Below, in pieces: positions 1 through 10,642 of a stretch of DNA of 34,736 nt (the stretch's first letter is position 1; each line of letters starts with the position of its first letter). The notes under the pieces were generated by a model that saw only the letters and a program-made list of their open reading frames with translations, made no database searches and was not told where the DNA came from. A program made the position numbers and the translations under genes. This DNA is from Octopus bimaculoides (Eukaryota). The stretch is from NCBI RefSeq assembly GCF_001194135.2, contig NC_069000.1, forward strand, positions 41,187,916 to 41,222,651, given 5' to 3'.

Positions 1-150
1 CAAGGCGCGCGCAGAACGAAGAAACCGTTCTGAACGCCCTCGTCCAGTGCTCGAGCATTGCTGACCTGTAGGTTTATGTCGAACACCTGTTGTCGCGTGT
101 AGGATAGATCCGGCTATCAGTGAAGATTGCCCCGCCGCCCTCCTTTGGTT

Positions 151-175
151 GGGGTGGGGTGGGGTGGGGTGGGGT
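151..175 (+). repeat. (GGGGT)5 tandem repeat, G-quadruplex-capable
   Basis: Five perfect GGGGT units read directly. Confidence 0.9.
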
Positions 176-375
176 AGGCAATTTCTTAATCTGATAGCAA
201 AAAATATTTCTGCTGCAATACATTACAATTCATCCAATCATTTTCAAGAATGTTGATAGATTTTCAGAAAGGAACAACGGGTTTGAAAACGACTTCGGTG
301 ACTTAAAATAAATTCACGACTTTTTGTTGCTGACCTCAGAGAGGGAATTAAACTGAAGACCAAACATTTTCTACC

Positions 376-478
376 AGACGACGGATATTAATTACAAATA
401 TAGTCAAAGGGAGAGAACTCTATTTTCTCAGTGCTTTAGGTGTCACCCGTAAATATCTCCCACATTCAACATTGGTTC
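376..478 (+). repeat. Unclassified dispersed repeat, copy 1 (homologous to 5785-5887)
   Basis: Colinear similarity by eye: AGACGAC..GATATT..AAGGGAGA(G/A)AACTC..CGTAAATAT(C/T)TCCCACATT..ATTGGT in both copies. Confidence 0.6.
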
Positions 479-1112
479 ATTATTCATGATTGATTACTTG
501 ATTAAATTTTTCATCAATTCTAGGAGAAATCATATATCTCGTAAATTACTTCACATGGATCATATACATAAAATGAAATAATTTTCTATATTTCACGAGT
601 AGATATAAACACATAGTAATGTATTCGAATCGGCCTCAGCTCGTTTAAGCTGTACTTAGGAAAGACTAAAATATCCAGACATTTGACATCCTTTTCGAAC
701 CATAATCAACAGAAAGCAAGAGTTATTAATATTTGCAGTTCCAGTTAAGATTTCTCTTTTCCGAAGAAATTTATGATGCTGAAATGTAAAGGCCGCTTAC
801 GACCGAGAGCAAATTAAATATTTCGCATGCTATTCCGAAAGAGAACGTACTAACCAGCATTCTATCATGCCGCTCACGATCTGGATCGTGGTAAATACTC
901 TTCATAAATTCAATCTCTTATATGGACACTGCAAAATATTTGGTCCAACATTTAACTGATTCTGTGAATCTACACTAAAGTTTTGTTGAGGAAAACGTTG
1001 ATATAAGGTTTTTGCTATTAAATGCAATACTTTTCCTCCAAATTTGAATTTCATTTAATGTGTAAAAATGAATGTTATGAATATATGAGAATAAATAAAT
1101 GTAATCTTTAAA

Positions 1113-1245
1113 TAAACACACACACACACATACACAAACACACACTCACACACACACACATGCATACATGCTAAAATACACGCTATCATAAATACATACA
1201 TACATACATACATACATACATACATACATACATACATACATACAT
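1113..1245. repeat. (CA)n / (TACA)n microsatellite; forms the 3' tail of the adjacent LINE remnant
   Basis: Direct reading. Confidence 0.95.
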
Positions 1246-1252
1246 GGTGGTA

Positions 1253-1693
1253 GTTGTCTACTCCTTAAACAGAGTTTGACCACCTCCTGCACCTACACCT
1301 TAGCCCCTTCATGGCGTCTGATGTGGCTTTTTAAACCAGACAGTGTTTTGAAAAAACACCCACACAGATTGCACCTCTGATTTGCACTACCAATACCTGA
1401 AAGTAAGTTCTGCTCATTGTGGATCCTAACATGTCTTTTAAGACCCCCACTGGATTTGCAAGCCCTCTGGCACACACCACATTCAAACGTGTGCACAGAC
1501 ATATAATCAGAATAGCTGGATGAGGTTTGTTTTCCATGGGTTCGCAGGTGAGATTTGAGCCAGCCAAGGACAGACATGGTCTGTCACAGACTGTGCACAC
1601 AAAAAGGTCCTTGTCATTCACCTTCTCGATCTTTACATTTTTCCTTAAATATCTCTTGAGCCCTGCTTGCATCATCCTGGCCTCTTCAAATGC
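1253..1693 (-). mobile_element. RTE-type LINE 3' end with three C2H2 zinc fingers, copy 1, frameshifted
   Basis: Translates to AFEEARMMQAGLKRYLRK (RTE C-terminal FE..R...KR..RK motif), then CTVC..H..H, CGVC..H..H and CNLC..H..H. A 1-bp deletion near 1560 (GAGC vs GAGGC in copy 2) splits the frame. Near-identical to 13459-13892. Confidence 0.8.
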
Positions 1694-2714
1694 ATACATG
1701 CATACATACATGCATACATACATCCATACATACATACATACATACGTGACTGACTTGATCCTCACAATATTTGAACACTAATATTCAAATGAGCCAGACA
1801 TTACAAAGAATGTTGTATTTATGCTATGGTTAAACTAACTACCATCCAAACAAAAGATTATACAAGGGGGTTGGGAAACAGATTGCTGAAAAAAGAAGTT
1901 TTTAATTACTTTCTGAATATCTTTTGAGTTGAGAATGGGAAAATTCATTGTGCTTTGTTTAAACAGAATAAATTTAGATAAAATACATTTAAAAGTATGT
2001 AAAAACTTGGTCTGAGGTTGGATTTCTTGTCTGCATTTCTGTATTTTGGTCAACAATAATTCTTAAAGCATTTTCCTTTTCATTTAGCCTAAAAGTACAA
2101 TGTGCCAAAACCTTCTCAACATATACAAGAGTAATGTACTTCCACAACCTTACTGGGATTGACTTAAACTGTAATAACCTGTTCAACCAATGTCAGGGCA
2201 GTGGCATGAAGTGGATATTACTATGGACACTTGCTTGCTTTAAGATTACTGTCATGACTTTGTCTCTGTTATGTTGGCATGTCTGTTGATAATAATAGAA
2301 ACTGTTAATGTAGTCGCATTATTCAGGAACCTTCCATGTTTTGATTCTCCATGATGGTGTTAAGCCAGATTACAGATCAACATGCGTTCCAGTTTCTAAA
2401 TTCCACACATCAGCTTTGGTCAGTGAAAGAAAGAGATGTGAGGTTCTGGTACAACATGAATATGAGACAAAATAGAAGAGGGGCGTAAGTGGAAATGTAG
2501 GTAAGTGTGCTGAGTGCAAATAGGGTGATCAGAGACAGGGAATGGGCTGGACACAGAGGACATCAGTTCAGTGTAGGGGGAAATGAAGAAAATAGGGTCA
2601 CATGGAAGAGTGGGTATCAGAAGACAAGTTCTGGAGGAAGGCTGGACAGAGCCTCACTTCAGCTAAGAGGAATGGACTTCTTCAACCACAGTATAACTCC
2701 ATTCATCTCATTGC

Positions 2715-3155
2715 CCCATAATCTCTGAGATGCTCAACATCTTGGGGTCAGTTTTCACCATTTCATCCTACATCTTCCTACGTCTGTCTCTTCCATATGT
2801 TCCTTCCACATTTAGTGATTGACACTTCTCTATACTGCTGTTCTCATCCATCTGCATCACATGACCATACTAGTGCAGTCTTTTGTCCTTATACCACATG
2901 TGATGCTTCTAATGCCTGATTTTTCTCTAGGCACATTTGTACTTTGTTGTACAGGCACACTGATATTGCACATCCATTGGAGCATACTTGTTTCATTTGT
3001 TTCAAATCCTTGCATATCATTGCACTCACAACCGATGTTTCACAACCATATAGCATTGCTGTTTGTACAAAGGCATCATACAATCTGCCATCTGTTGTGA
3101 GAGAGACCTTTTTCATTACCAGAGATAGAAGTTCCCTGAGCTTTCTCCAAACAAT
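2715..3155 (-). mobile_element. Degraded RTE LINE ORF C-terminal fragment
   Basis: VWRKLREL..GRLYDAFVQTAMLYGCET.., followed by frameshifted matches to the RTE RLRWYGHV..GRGR..WDE motifs. Same family region as 20030-20339. Confidence 0.8.
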
Positions 3156-3283
3156 TCATATTCTAAGAACTATGCTTTCAAAGCATCCTCTTCTATGCTA
3201 ATTAGGTTACCTAGACAACAGTAACTATCTACTAAATCTATGGAGCCTCTTGAGTATTTCAAAATAACTATTTCCCATGTGTG

Positions 3284-3551
3284 GAGGGGCGTGGCTTAGT
3301 GGTCAGGGTATCAGCATCATGATCGCAAGATTGTGGTTTCGATTCCTGGACCGGGCGACGTGTTGTGTTCTTGAGCAAAACACTTCATTTCCCGTTGCTC
3401 CAGTCCACTCAGCTGGCAAAAATGAGCAACGCTGCGATGGACTGGCGTCCCGTCCAGCTGGGGAACACATACGCCATTGAAACCGGGAAACCGGGCCCAT
3501 GAGCCTGGCTAGGCTTTAAGAGGGCACATTTATTATTATTATTTATTATTT
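3284..3551 (+). mobile_element. tRNA-derived SINE with Meta-like central domain and (TTA)n tail
   Basis: A-box GTGGCTTAGTGG and B-box GGTTTCGATTCC. Central GCGATGGACTGGCGTCCCGTCCAG recalls the Meta/V-SINE-type domain (family name from memory). Confidence 0.75.
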
Positions 3552-4249
3552 CCTATGTGCTGTAATTATTTATTGCTTCTGCACATCTGCCACAAACAAA
3601 TTCTTTCTGTCTTAGTCTTCTTCTGATTCCTCTGTATTTCTTGTGTCCATAGTTTTCCCTGAGCACACAGTATGGAATTTAATATTCAGATATAGAATTT
3701 CTTTTTCACATTTCAGTCAATAGAAATTAGGGTGTAGTCATATTTGCAAAGATTTTCACTCACAAATAGAAAGCAATGAAATTGTAAGGCCACTGATATC
3801 TTAGATTCATGATAGATACATAACAACACAACAAGAGTATTCCAATGGAGATTTCATTAACAAATACTCTGTTAGTGAATTCCTTCACTTACTCCGGTTA
3901 TCAGAAATCATGAATTAATAATCACAGGAAGTATGGCTAAGATTTTTACTCACAAGTAAGAGACAGCGAAATTGTAATACAACATAATTTCTGCATTATG
4001 AAAACTAGGTAGTAATGCCATTCCTGGAGAAAGATAACAAGCCTACTTTCTGTAATGTTGCTTCCATCCCATCCAGACCATAGTAAATATGTAGTGAAAT
4101 CATTCCTTTACTTATACTATCATTGAATCTGACAAAAGCAAAGATAAAATATTTAATTTCAGAAGAGGTAAATTAATAATATCTGTAAAAATAAAATAAG
4201 ATCCGGTGTAATGTTGCTAAATATGGAAAATGGCCCTGGAGTGAAATGA

Positions 4250-4860
4250 GAAAAAGTTCAGAACATTTCATATGAGACTGACAATGACTGGTGTAGTGGC
4301 CTTCATTGTTGTCTCTAATGTAATATCTCGAGTGGCCACAGAATTCAGTTTTGTCCCTGAATAATGCCTTTTCTACAGATTGAGCTGCCTTCTAACTTAC
4401 TAAGACTTTGTTTTTTGCTCGGTTAGCCCTAAGGCCCTTCAATTCTGGACCTTGCTTCCACACCTGAAACAACTCCTCAAGTTCTGGTTGTGACTCAGCT
4501 ATTAGAGCAAGGTCATAGAAGAGCTCCCTGGAGCAGCCTGTCTTGAATGCCTCTGTTATTGCCTGGAGGACTATGATGAACAAGAGAGGGCTGAAGACTG
4601 ATCCTTGGTGAACCCCTACTTCTACCTGGAATTCTTCACTATACTTGTTGCCAACCGTCACCTTACTGAGAGCATCCTTGTACATGGCTTGTACAGCTCT
4701 CACCAACCATTCATCTATCCCTAGTTTCCGCACTGACCACCAGATGAGGGATCAGGGGACCTTGCCAAAGGCTTTTTCCATGTCAACAAAAGCCAAGTAC
4801 AGAGGTTTATCTTTGGCTAAAAATTTCTCTTCATTATTTATTATTTTACTCAGAGATATG
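4250..4860 (-). mobile_element. RTE LINE reverse-transcriptase fragment, catalytically dead
   Basis: EEKFLAKDKPLYLAFVDMEKAF, then (frameshift) MRKLGIDEWLVRAVQAMY..GVHQGSVFSPLLFIIVL..ELFYDLALIAES, where YADD is reduced to YD. Confidence 0.9.
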
Positions 4861-5127
4861 CAAGGTGCGTGATCACTGAATAACACAAGATGTAAAGAAT
4901 CCTTTAAAAACTGAAGATGAATCATGTTATTATGGCTGCAGACAACAAGTGAAACTATTACCATAGTTACATTGCTATAGAAATTTCCATGGTGTAATTT
5001 GACTATCACGATGGCATTGCTATACTGGAAACAAATGATATTATTGGTTTCAAATTTTGCCACAAGGCCCACAATTTTGGGGGAGTGTTGGTAAGTCAAT
5101 TGCATCAACCACAGTGTTCACCTGATA

Positions 5128-5250
5128 CTTATTTTATTGATTTGAAAAGATGAAAGAGAAAGTTGACCTTAGCAGAATTTTAACAAAATGCCAGACAAAA
5201 TGCCACGAAGCATTTCACCTGGTGTGCTAATGATTCTGCCAACTCACCAC
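5128..5250 (-). mobile_element. Degenerate copy of the Nin/Deu-domain-like SINE
   Basis: Aligns by eye to 5655-5780 (GAAAAGATGAAAG..GTTGACCT..CAGAATTT..TTCTGCCA). Confidence 0.6.
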
Positions 5251-5550
5251 TTTGGCAAATGAAACTATTAGATTGCAGTTCAGTTCAGTCTTGTGACAGC
5301 ATGAAATAGCACTGATGTCATACTTAAATGCAACAACAACAACAAGATAAGTTGTTGCCTAAATATTTAGCTTTAACCAATCTGGAAAATACCTTTGATA
5401 GGGTCCCTTGCTCTATGATCTAGTGGTGGATCAGGAAATTAGGAGATTAATGGCTTGTGAAAGCATTACAAGCCATGTGAGAGTTAGCAATGAGTTCAAG
5501 CAGTGACTTTAGCATACATATAAAGATTTATCAGGGCTCACTTTTCTACT

Positions 5551-5780
5551 TTCTTATTTCTTTATTGCCCACAAGGGGCTAAACATAGAGGGGACAAACA
5601 AGGACAGACAAAAGGATTAAGTCGATTATATCGATCTCAGTGCGTAACTGGTACTTAATTTATCGATCCCGAAAGGATGAAAGGCAAAGTCGACCTCGGC
5701 GGAATTTGAACTCAGAACGTAAAGACAGACGAAATATCGCTAACCATTTCGTCCGGCGTGCAAACAGTTCTGCCAGCTTC
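5551..5780 (-). mobile_element. tRNA-derived SINE with Nin/Deu-like domain, near complete
   Basis: Minus strand reads GAGTTCAAATTCCGCCGAGGTCGACTTTGCCTTTCATCCTTTCGGGATCGATAAATTAAGTACCAG (B-box plus CCTTTCATCCTT..GATAAA..AGTACC domain). Confidence 0.8.
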
Positions 5781-5784
5781 TAAT

Positions 5785-5887
5785 AGACGACAGAAGATAT
5801 TGATTGTAATACGGTCTAAGGGAGAAAACTCCGTTCTCTTAACCTTCTCGGTGTTCTCGTAAATATTTCCCACATTTACTATTGGTC
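5785..5887 (+). repeat. Unclassified dispersed repeat, copy 2 (homologous to 376-478)
   Basis: See 376-478. Confidence 0.6.
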
Positions 5888-6236
5888 TGTTATAAATCAG
5901 AAAGATCCAATTTCTGGTCAGACAACGCGTTACAATACGTAAAGATATTCACCAACAGAATGTGAATCAGTTATGCCTCAATACGAATGTCCTTGGTACA
6001 AATTTATCTTGACTAGGGTTGTGAACGCGTTACAATTTCACCGTCTCCAGATGTGAAAAATCTCGGCTATAAATGCAACAGAAAGAGAACTTGAATGTCA
6101 GAATAATCGAGTATTTCCTAAATGCATATAAAACATGTTACCGATTCAAATTAACCAGGACTACTTTTCTACTTTAATGTTTTATGCAAGGAAGATAATA
6201 CGTATAAAATGTGATTTAGCTTCAAATTTGATCTAT

Positions 6237-6643
6237 AGGCGCATGAGTGGCTGTGTGGTAGGTAGCTTGCTTACCAACCACATGGTTCCGGGTTCATTCC
6301 CATTGCGTGGCACCTTGGGCAAGTGTCTTCTACTATAGCCTCGGGTCGACCAAAGCCTTGTGAGTGGATTTGGTAGACGGAAACTGAAAGAAGCCCGTCG
6401 TATATATGTATATGTATATATATATGTGTGTGCTTGTGTGTTTGTGTTTGTCCCCCCAACATCGCTTGACAACCGATGGTGGTGTGTTCACGTCCCTGTA
6501 ACTTCGCGGTTCGGCAAAAAAGACCGACAGAATAAGTACTAGGCATCCAAAGAATAAGTCCTGGGGTTGATTTTCTCGACTAAAGGCGGTGCTCCAGCAT
6601 GGCCGCAGTCAAATGGCTGAAACAAGTAAAAGAGTAAAGAGTA
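6237..6643 (+). mobile_element. CORE-like tRNA SINE (OR-type), full length
   Basis: Head GGCGCATGAGTGGCTGTGTGG..GGTTCATTCCC, CORE-like GGCACCTTGGGCAAGTGTCTT, internal TA/TG microsatellite and AGTAAAAGAGTAAAGAG tail. Colinear with 14369-14786. Confidence 0.85.
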
Positions 6644-6860
6644 TTAGTTCAAGACACAAACTGACAGACATTAATAACAAACCAATGTCGAACGAGGGAA
6701 ATATTTATGGTTATCACTTAAAAGACAGAGGATGAGTTCTCTCCCTTGGACTAAATTTTCTGCCAACTCAGAATTTGTTGTGCTTTGCAGGTTATCTCCC
6801 TTGGTCGCTAGCACACCCTCATAAGAAAAAAATCGATTTGAAAAGATTTTTCGTAATTCT

Positions 6861-6899
<39 letters not shown>

Positions 6900-7097
6900 A
6901 CATATAGAATAAAAGTAAGACATAGAGGCAAGAATATTGCTTTTTAATAGAATAAATGCTTTTATTTATCCAGAAAATACTGGAACTGGATTTACAGAAT
7001 CGATAGAGGGTCTGACCGAATGCTTTCTTGTGTTTAAAATACATTGTTTTTTTTTACTCGGATATCAACTCTTAGCAACGTTACGTTTGTTTATCTT

Positions 7098-7400
7098 TTA
7101 CTTGTTTCGGTCATTAGACTGTGGTCATGTTGGAGTACCGCCTTGAAGAAATTTAGTCGAACGTAAATTTTTTTTTTTTTTTTTTTTTTTTTCAGAATAT
7201 TAGGAAGGTTTTTATTTGCATACATAACATATAAACATGTACATTTTTTGGAACATTGTCATTTTATAAGAAAGTCTTGGTACTCATTCTATCGGTTGTC
7301 TTTTGCCGAACCACTAGCTTACAGGGACATAAACACACCAAAACCAGTTGTCAAGTGGTGTTGTGGGACAGACACACACACACACTATAAATGTGTTTGT
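7098..7400 (-). mobile_element. 3' half of the CORE-like SINE, interrupted by a poly-T-headed insertion (~7162-7275)
   Basis: 7098-7160 and 7278-7400 are reverse complements of adjacent parts of 6455-6640. Confidence 0.65.
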
Positions 7401-7414
7401 GTGCGCACGTGTAT

Positions 7415-7530
7415 GAGGGCGCCGCATGGCTTAGTGGTTAGGGTGTGCACTCACGATCGCGAGATCGAGGTTTCTATTTCTAGACGGGGTGGTGCGCTGT
7501 GTTCTTGAGCAAAACACTTCATCTCACACG
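7415..7530 (+). mobile_element. SINE 5' head, same family as 3284-3551
   Basis: GCATGGCTTAGTGGTTAGGG..GGTTTCTATTTC..TGTGTTCTTGAGCAAAACACTTCAT shared with 3290-3390. Confidence 0.7.
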
Positions 7531-7875
7531 TGGTACACCATGCATCTGTTCAGGCAACATCGATTTGATGGAGAGTGAGCTAATATGCAGCATGAACATT
7601 CGGTCACTATAAACAAATCATTTATTCAGGCCGTTCGGCAAAAACTGAATGCTCATTGGTCGTCTTCGACAGGAGTCTATCATTCGCCATGCTGGACCAC
7701 TGAAATCTACAAGTTTTTTTCATTCTCTTATTTTGTTTATTTTCTCTTTTTCCTTTCTGTTGAAGAGCGTAGGCTCAAAATGTAAAAGACTTCATTTTCC
7801 CGAGCATCAAACTAATACACTTGCTTGTTGTTCGTACACCTGTCTTTGTCTTTTGTTTTCCTATAAATTCCAATT

Positions 7876-7877
7876 AT

Positions 7878-7918
<41 letters not shown>

Positions 7919-7931
7919 TATACATACATAC

Positions 7932-7966
<35 letters not shown>

Positions 7967-8121
7967 CATATATACATATATATATATACATATATACATA
8001 TATATATATACATATATACATATACATATATACATATACATATATACATATATACATATACATATATACATATATACATATACATATATATACATATACA
8101 TATATACATATACATATATAC

Positions 8122-8168
<47 letters not shown>

Positions 8169-8183
8169 CATATATATATATAT
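7876..8183. repeat. (TA)n/(TACATA)n microsatellite running into gap 8184-8616
   Basis: Direct reading. Confidence 0.95.
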
Positions 8184-9109
8184 NNNNNNNNNNNNNNNNN
8201 NNNNNNNNNNNNNNNNNNNNNNNNNNNNNNNNNNNNNNNNNNNNNNNNNNNNNNNNNNNNNNNNNNNNNNNNNNNNNNNNNNNNNNNNNNNNNNNNNNNN
8301 NNNNNNNNNNNNNNNNNNNNNNNNNNNNNNNNNNNNNNNNNNNNNNNNNNNNNNNNNNNNNNNNNNNNNNNNNNNNNNNNNNNNNNNNNNNNNNNNNNNN
8401 NNNNNNNNNNNNNNNNNNNNNNNNNNNNNNNNNNNNNNNNNNNNNNNNNNNNNNNNNNNNNNNNNNNNNNNNNNNNNNNNNNNNNNNNNNNNNNNNNNNN
8501 NNNNNNNNNNNNNNNNNNNNNNNNNNNNNNNNNNNNNNNNNNNNNNNNNNNNNNNNNNNNNNNNNNNNNNNNNNNNNNNNNNNNNNNNNNNNNNNNNNNN
8601 NNNNNNNNNNNNNNNNCATTATGTGGTCAGTTCTTCTTTCAGAAGACCTCTTTGAGAACCACGTAAAACAAGTAGCACAGTTAAATCAACCCATTTTCTT
8701 ATACCAGCTTCTGAGCTCCAAGCCTTTTCTGTTTCAAAGACATAAATGCCCGAAACTCATTCTATTTTCTCTTTTTTTTTTTTTTGTGTGTGTGATAAAT
8801 TGGTAAAAACTAATTTCAAGAATTTTTACGCCTTATATGAGAATTTGTGACACATGGTATTAGATGAGGACCACTCATATAAACATGGTGAAATGAATGT
8901 TAAAATGGGGGCTGGGATATATATAAATGTATCTACATCTGAACCTTTCACCCATTTTAACTAAGTTTCCATTGTTGGTGCTAGTATAGAATGCGATCTA
9001 CCACGGTGTCTACCTTACCTTTCAGATATTTCGGAGATAAAACACTTCAGATATTTCAGGAACGATGCAAATAAATCATCTTAGTCTTTACTCATCATCT
9101 TCCAGCAGA

Positions 9110-9300
9110 AATGATCAAGATTTTCCACGACAACGAAATAAAGGCCTGAATTGTCCGCCTCTGTTACGCTCTCGTTTGTCCTGCATCGGTGGCAGGGATC
9201 TGCTTCTTGTTGTGCATCCAACAGATTGTAATCTTTTAGAAATGTGACTGCTGTTTCTTCTGTCAAGATGACACGTGTATAAAAATCTCTTTCAGCAACA
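9110..9300 (-). mobile_element. Possible Merlin/ISXO2-like transposase N-terminal fragment (pseudogene)
   Basis: TEETAVTFLKDYNLLDAQQEADPCHRC, then (frameshift) MQDKRERNRGGQFRPLFRCRGKS*. Resembles the FL....LL..C..C..M..RC zinc-ribbon start of Merlin transposases, judged from memory. Confidence 0.45.
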
Positions 9301-9387
9301 TTTCAATGTAAGGTAACCCGCAAGTGGAAAGGTGAAGTAATAACGAGTAGTTTTTAAGGTAGATAACCCTGGCTAAGGTAGATAACA

Positions 9388-9762
9388 GAGGCGCAATGGC
9401 CCAGTGGTTAGGGTAGTGGACTCGCGGTTTCGATTCCCAGACCGGGCGTTGTGAGTGTTTATTGAGCGAAAACACCTAAAGCTCCACGAGGCTCCAGCAG
9501 GGGATGGTGGCGAACCCTGCTGTAGTCTTTCACCACAACTTTCTCTCACTCTTACTTCCTGTTTCTGTTATGTCTGTAATTCAAAGGGTCAGCCTTGTCA
9601 CACTCTGTCTCACGCTGAATATCCCCCGAGAACTACATTAAGGGTACACGTGTCTGTGGAGTGCTCAGCCACTTGCACGTTAATTTCACGAGCAGGCTGT
9701 TCTGTTGATCGGATCAACTGGAACCCTCGACGTCGTAAGCGACGGAGTGCCAACAACAACAA
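9388..9762 (+). mobile_element. tRNA-derived SINE with (CAA)n tail, full length
   Basis: A-box TGGCCCAGTGG, B-box GGTTTCGATTCCC, CAACAACAACAA tail. Homologous to 24839-25149 and 28481-28736. Confidence 0.85.
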
Positions 9763-10642
9763 TATTTCTTTACAGCCTCATGAAAGTAAAATGGTTCACT
9801 TTGTCAAAAGTGAAAATGTTTTCCAAGAAAATGAGATTATGAAAGAACAGAGTATTCAATCATGATAATGAAGTAATGGGGGACAGTAAAGGATCAGTGT
9901 AACAAATTTATGTTAAATTAGTGTGAAATTGTACAAAAAGAAGTGTAACAGTAGTAACTCACCTCACACAATTAGACTCTTTTTAATGAGGTTTACATAA
10001 CATAATTACCTTTGATTGATTTGAACAACTATTGGAAGGTATAGATTAGTTTGTCATCTGAATTTTAAAAAATAATTAAAATTCATTTTTCACTCAGGTA
10101 AAGGGTGACCACAATTTTTGTTATGGAAAACATTTTGACATTTTGGTATCCTTTGAAAAGCACAACATATGGACATATGCCGTGACAAATAGAATAATTA
10201 TTATAAACAGATGATGATTTCAAAAGCAAAACCTGAAATTTGGAATAAAAAGCAAGGTTGATTAATATGACTCTGTATAGTAAAATCAATTCTAACAGAA
10301 AGTAAAATGCTGCCACACAGTTTCTATGGTGTTTTATCAATTGTGCCAACCATATTCTTACACATTTTATGATTTTTAAGTTAGGGACAGGCACTTTCAG
10401 AAGGTGGGGGTATCAGCCAATTATAATTATCACACCCAGCACTTTACTAGTTTGTATTTTATTGACCCTGAAAAGATGAAAGGAAAGGTCAATACAGAAT
10501 ATAGGGGACATCACAAGGTCCATTCTTCTACCAAATCTGCCAATGTATTACCTTCAAAATAATAACAATATTTGCAATAACAAGAAAAAATAAAAACAAC
10601 ATTAATAACAATTGTAACAACAATCAGACATATTTTAATGCT

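Noticed and set aside
1-70. Coding exon at the window start (e.g. RRAQNEETVLNALVQCSSIADL)
   Set aside because: Too short and truncated by the window edge; no recognisable domain in any frame.
1293-1765. Stand-alone C2H2 zinc-finger gene
   Set aside because: Preceded by an RTE C-terminal motif, followed by a microsatellite tail, duplicated in the window and frameshifted; it is a LINE remnant.
3284-3360. tRNA genes at SINE heads (also 6237, 9388, 14369)
   Set aside because: A/B boxes are present but there is no full cloverleaf, and each continues into a SINE body.
3745-4125. Possible ~190-bp degenerate tandem duplication
   Set aside because: Only about 45 bp align convincingly in AT-rich sequence.
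7649-8806. Long ORFs of YI/HI repeats here and at 1055-1237, 20796-21829, 28127-28337 and 31014-31782
   Set aside because: Artefacts of TA/TACA microsatellites and N-gaps.
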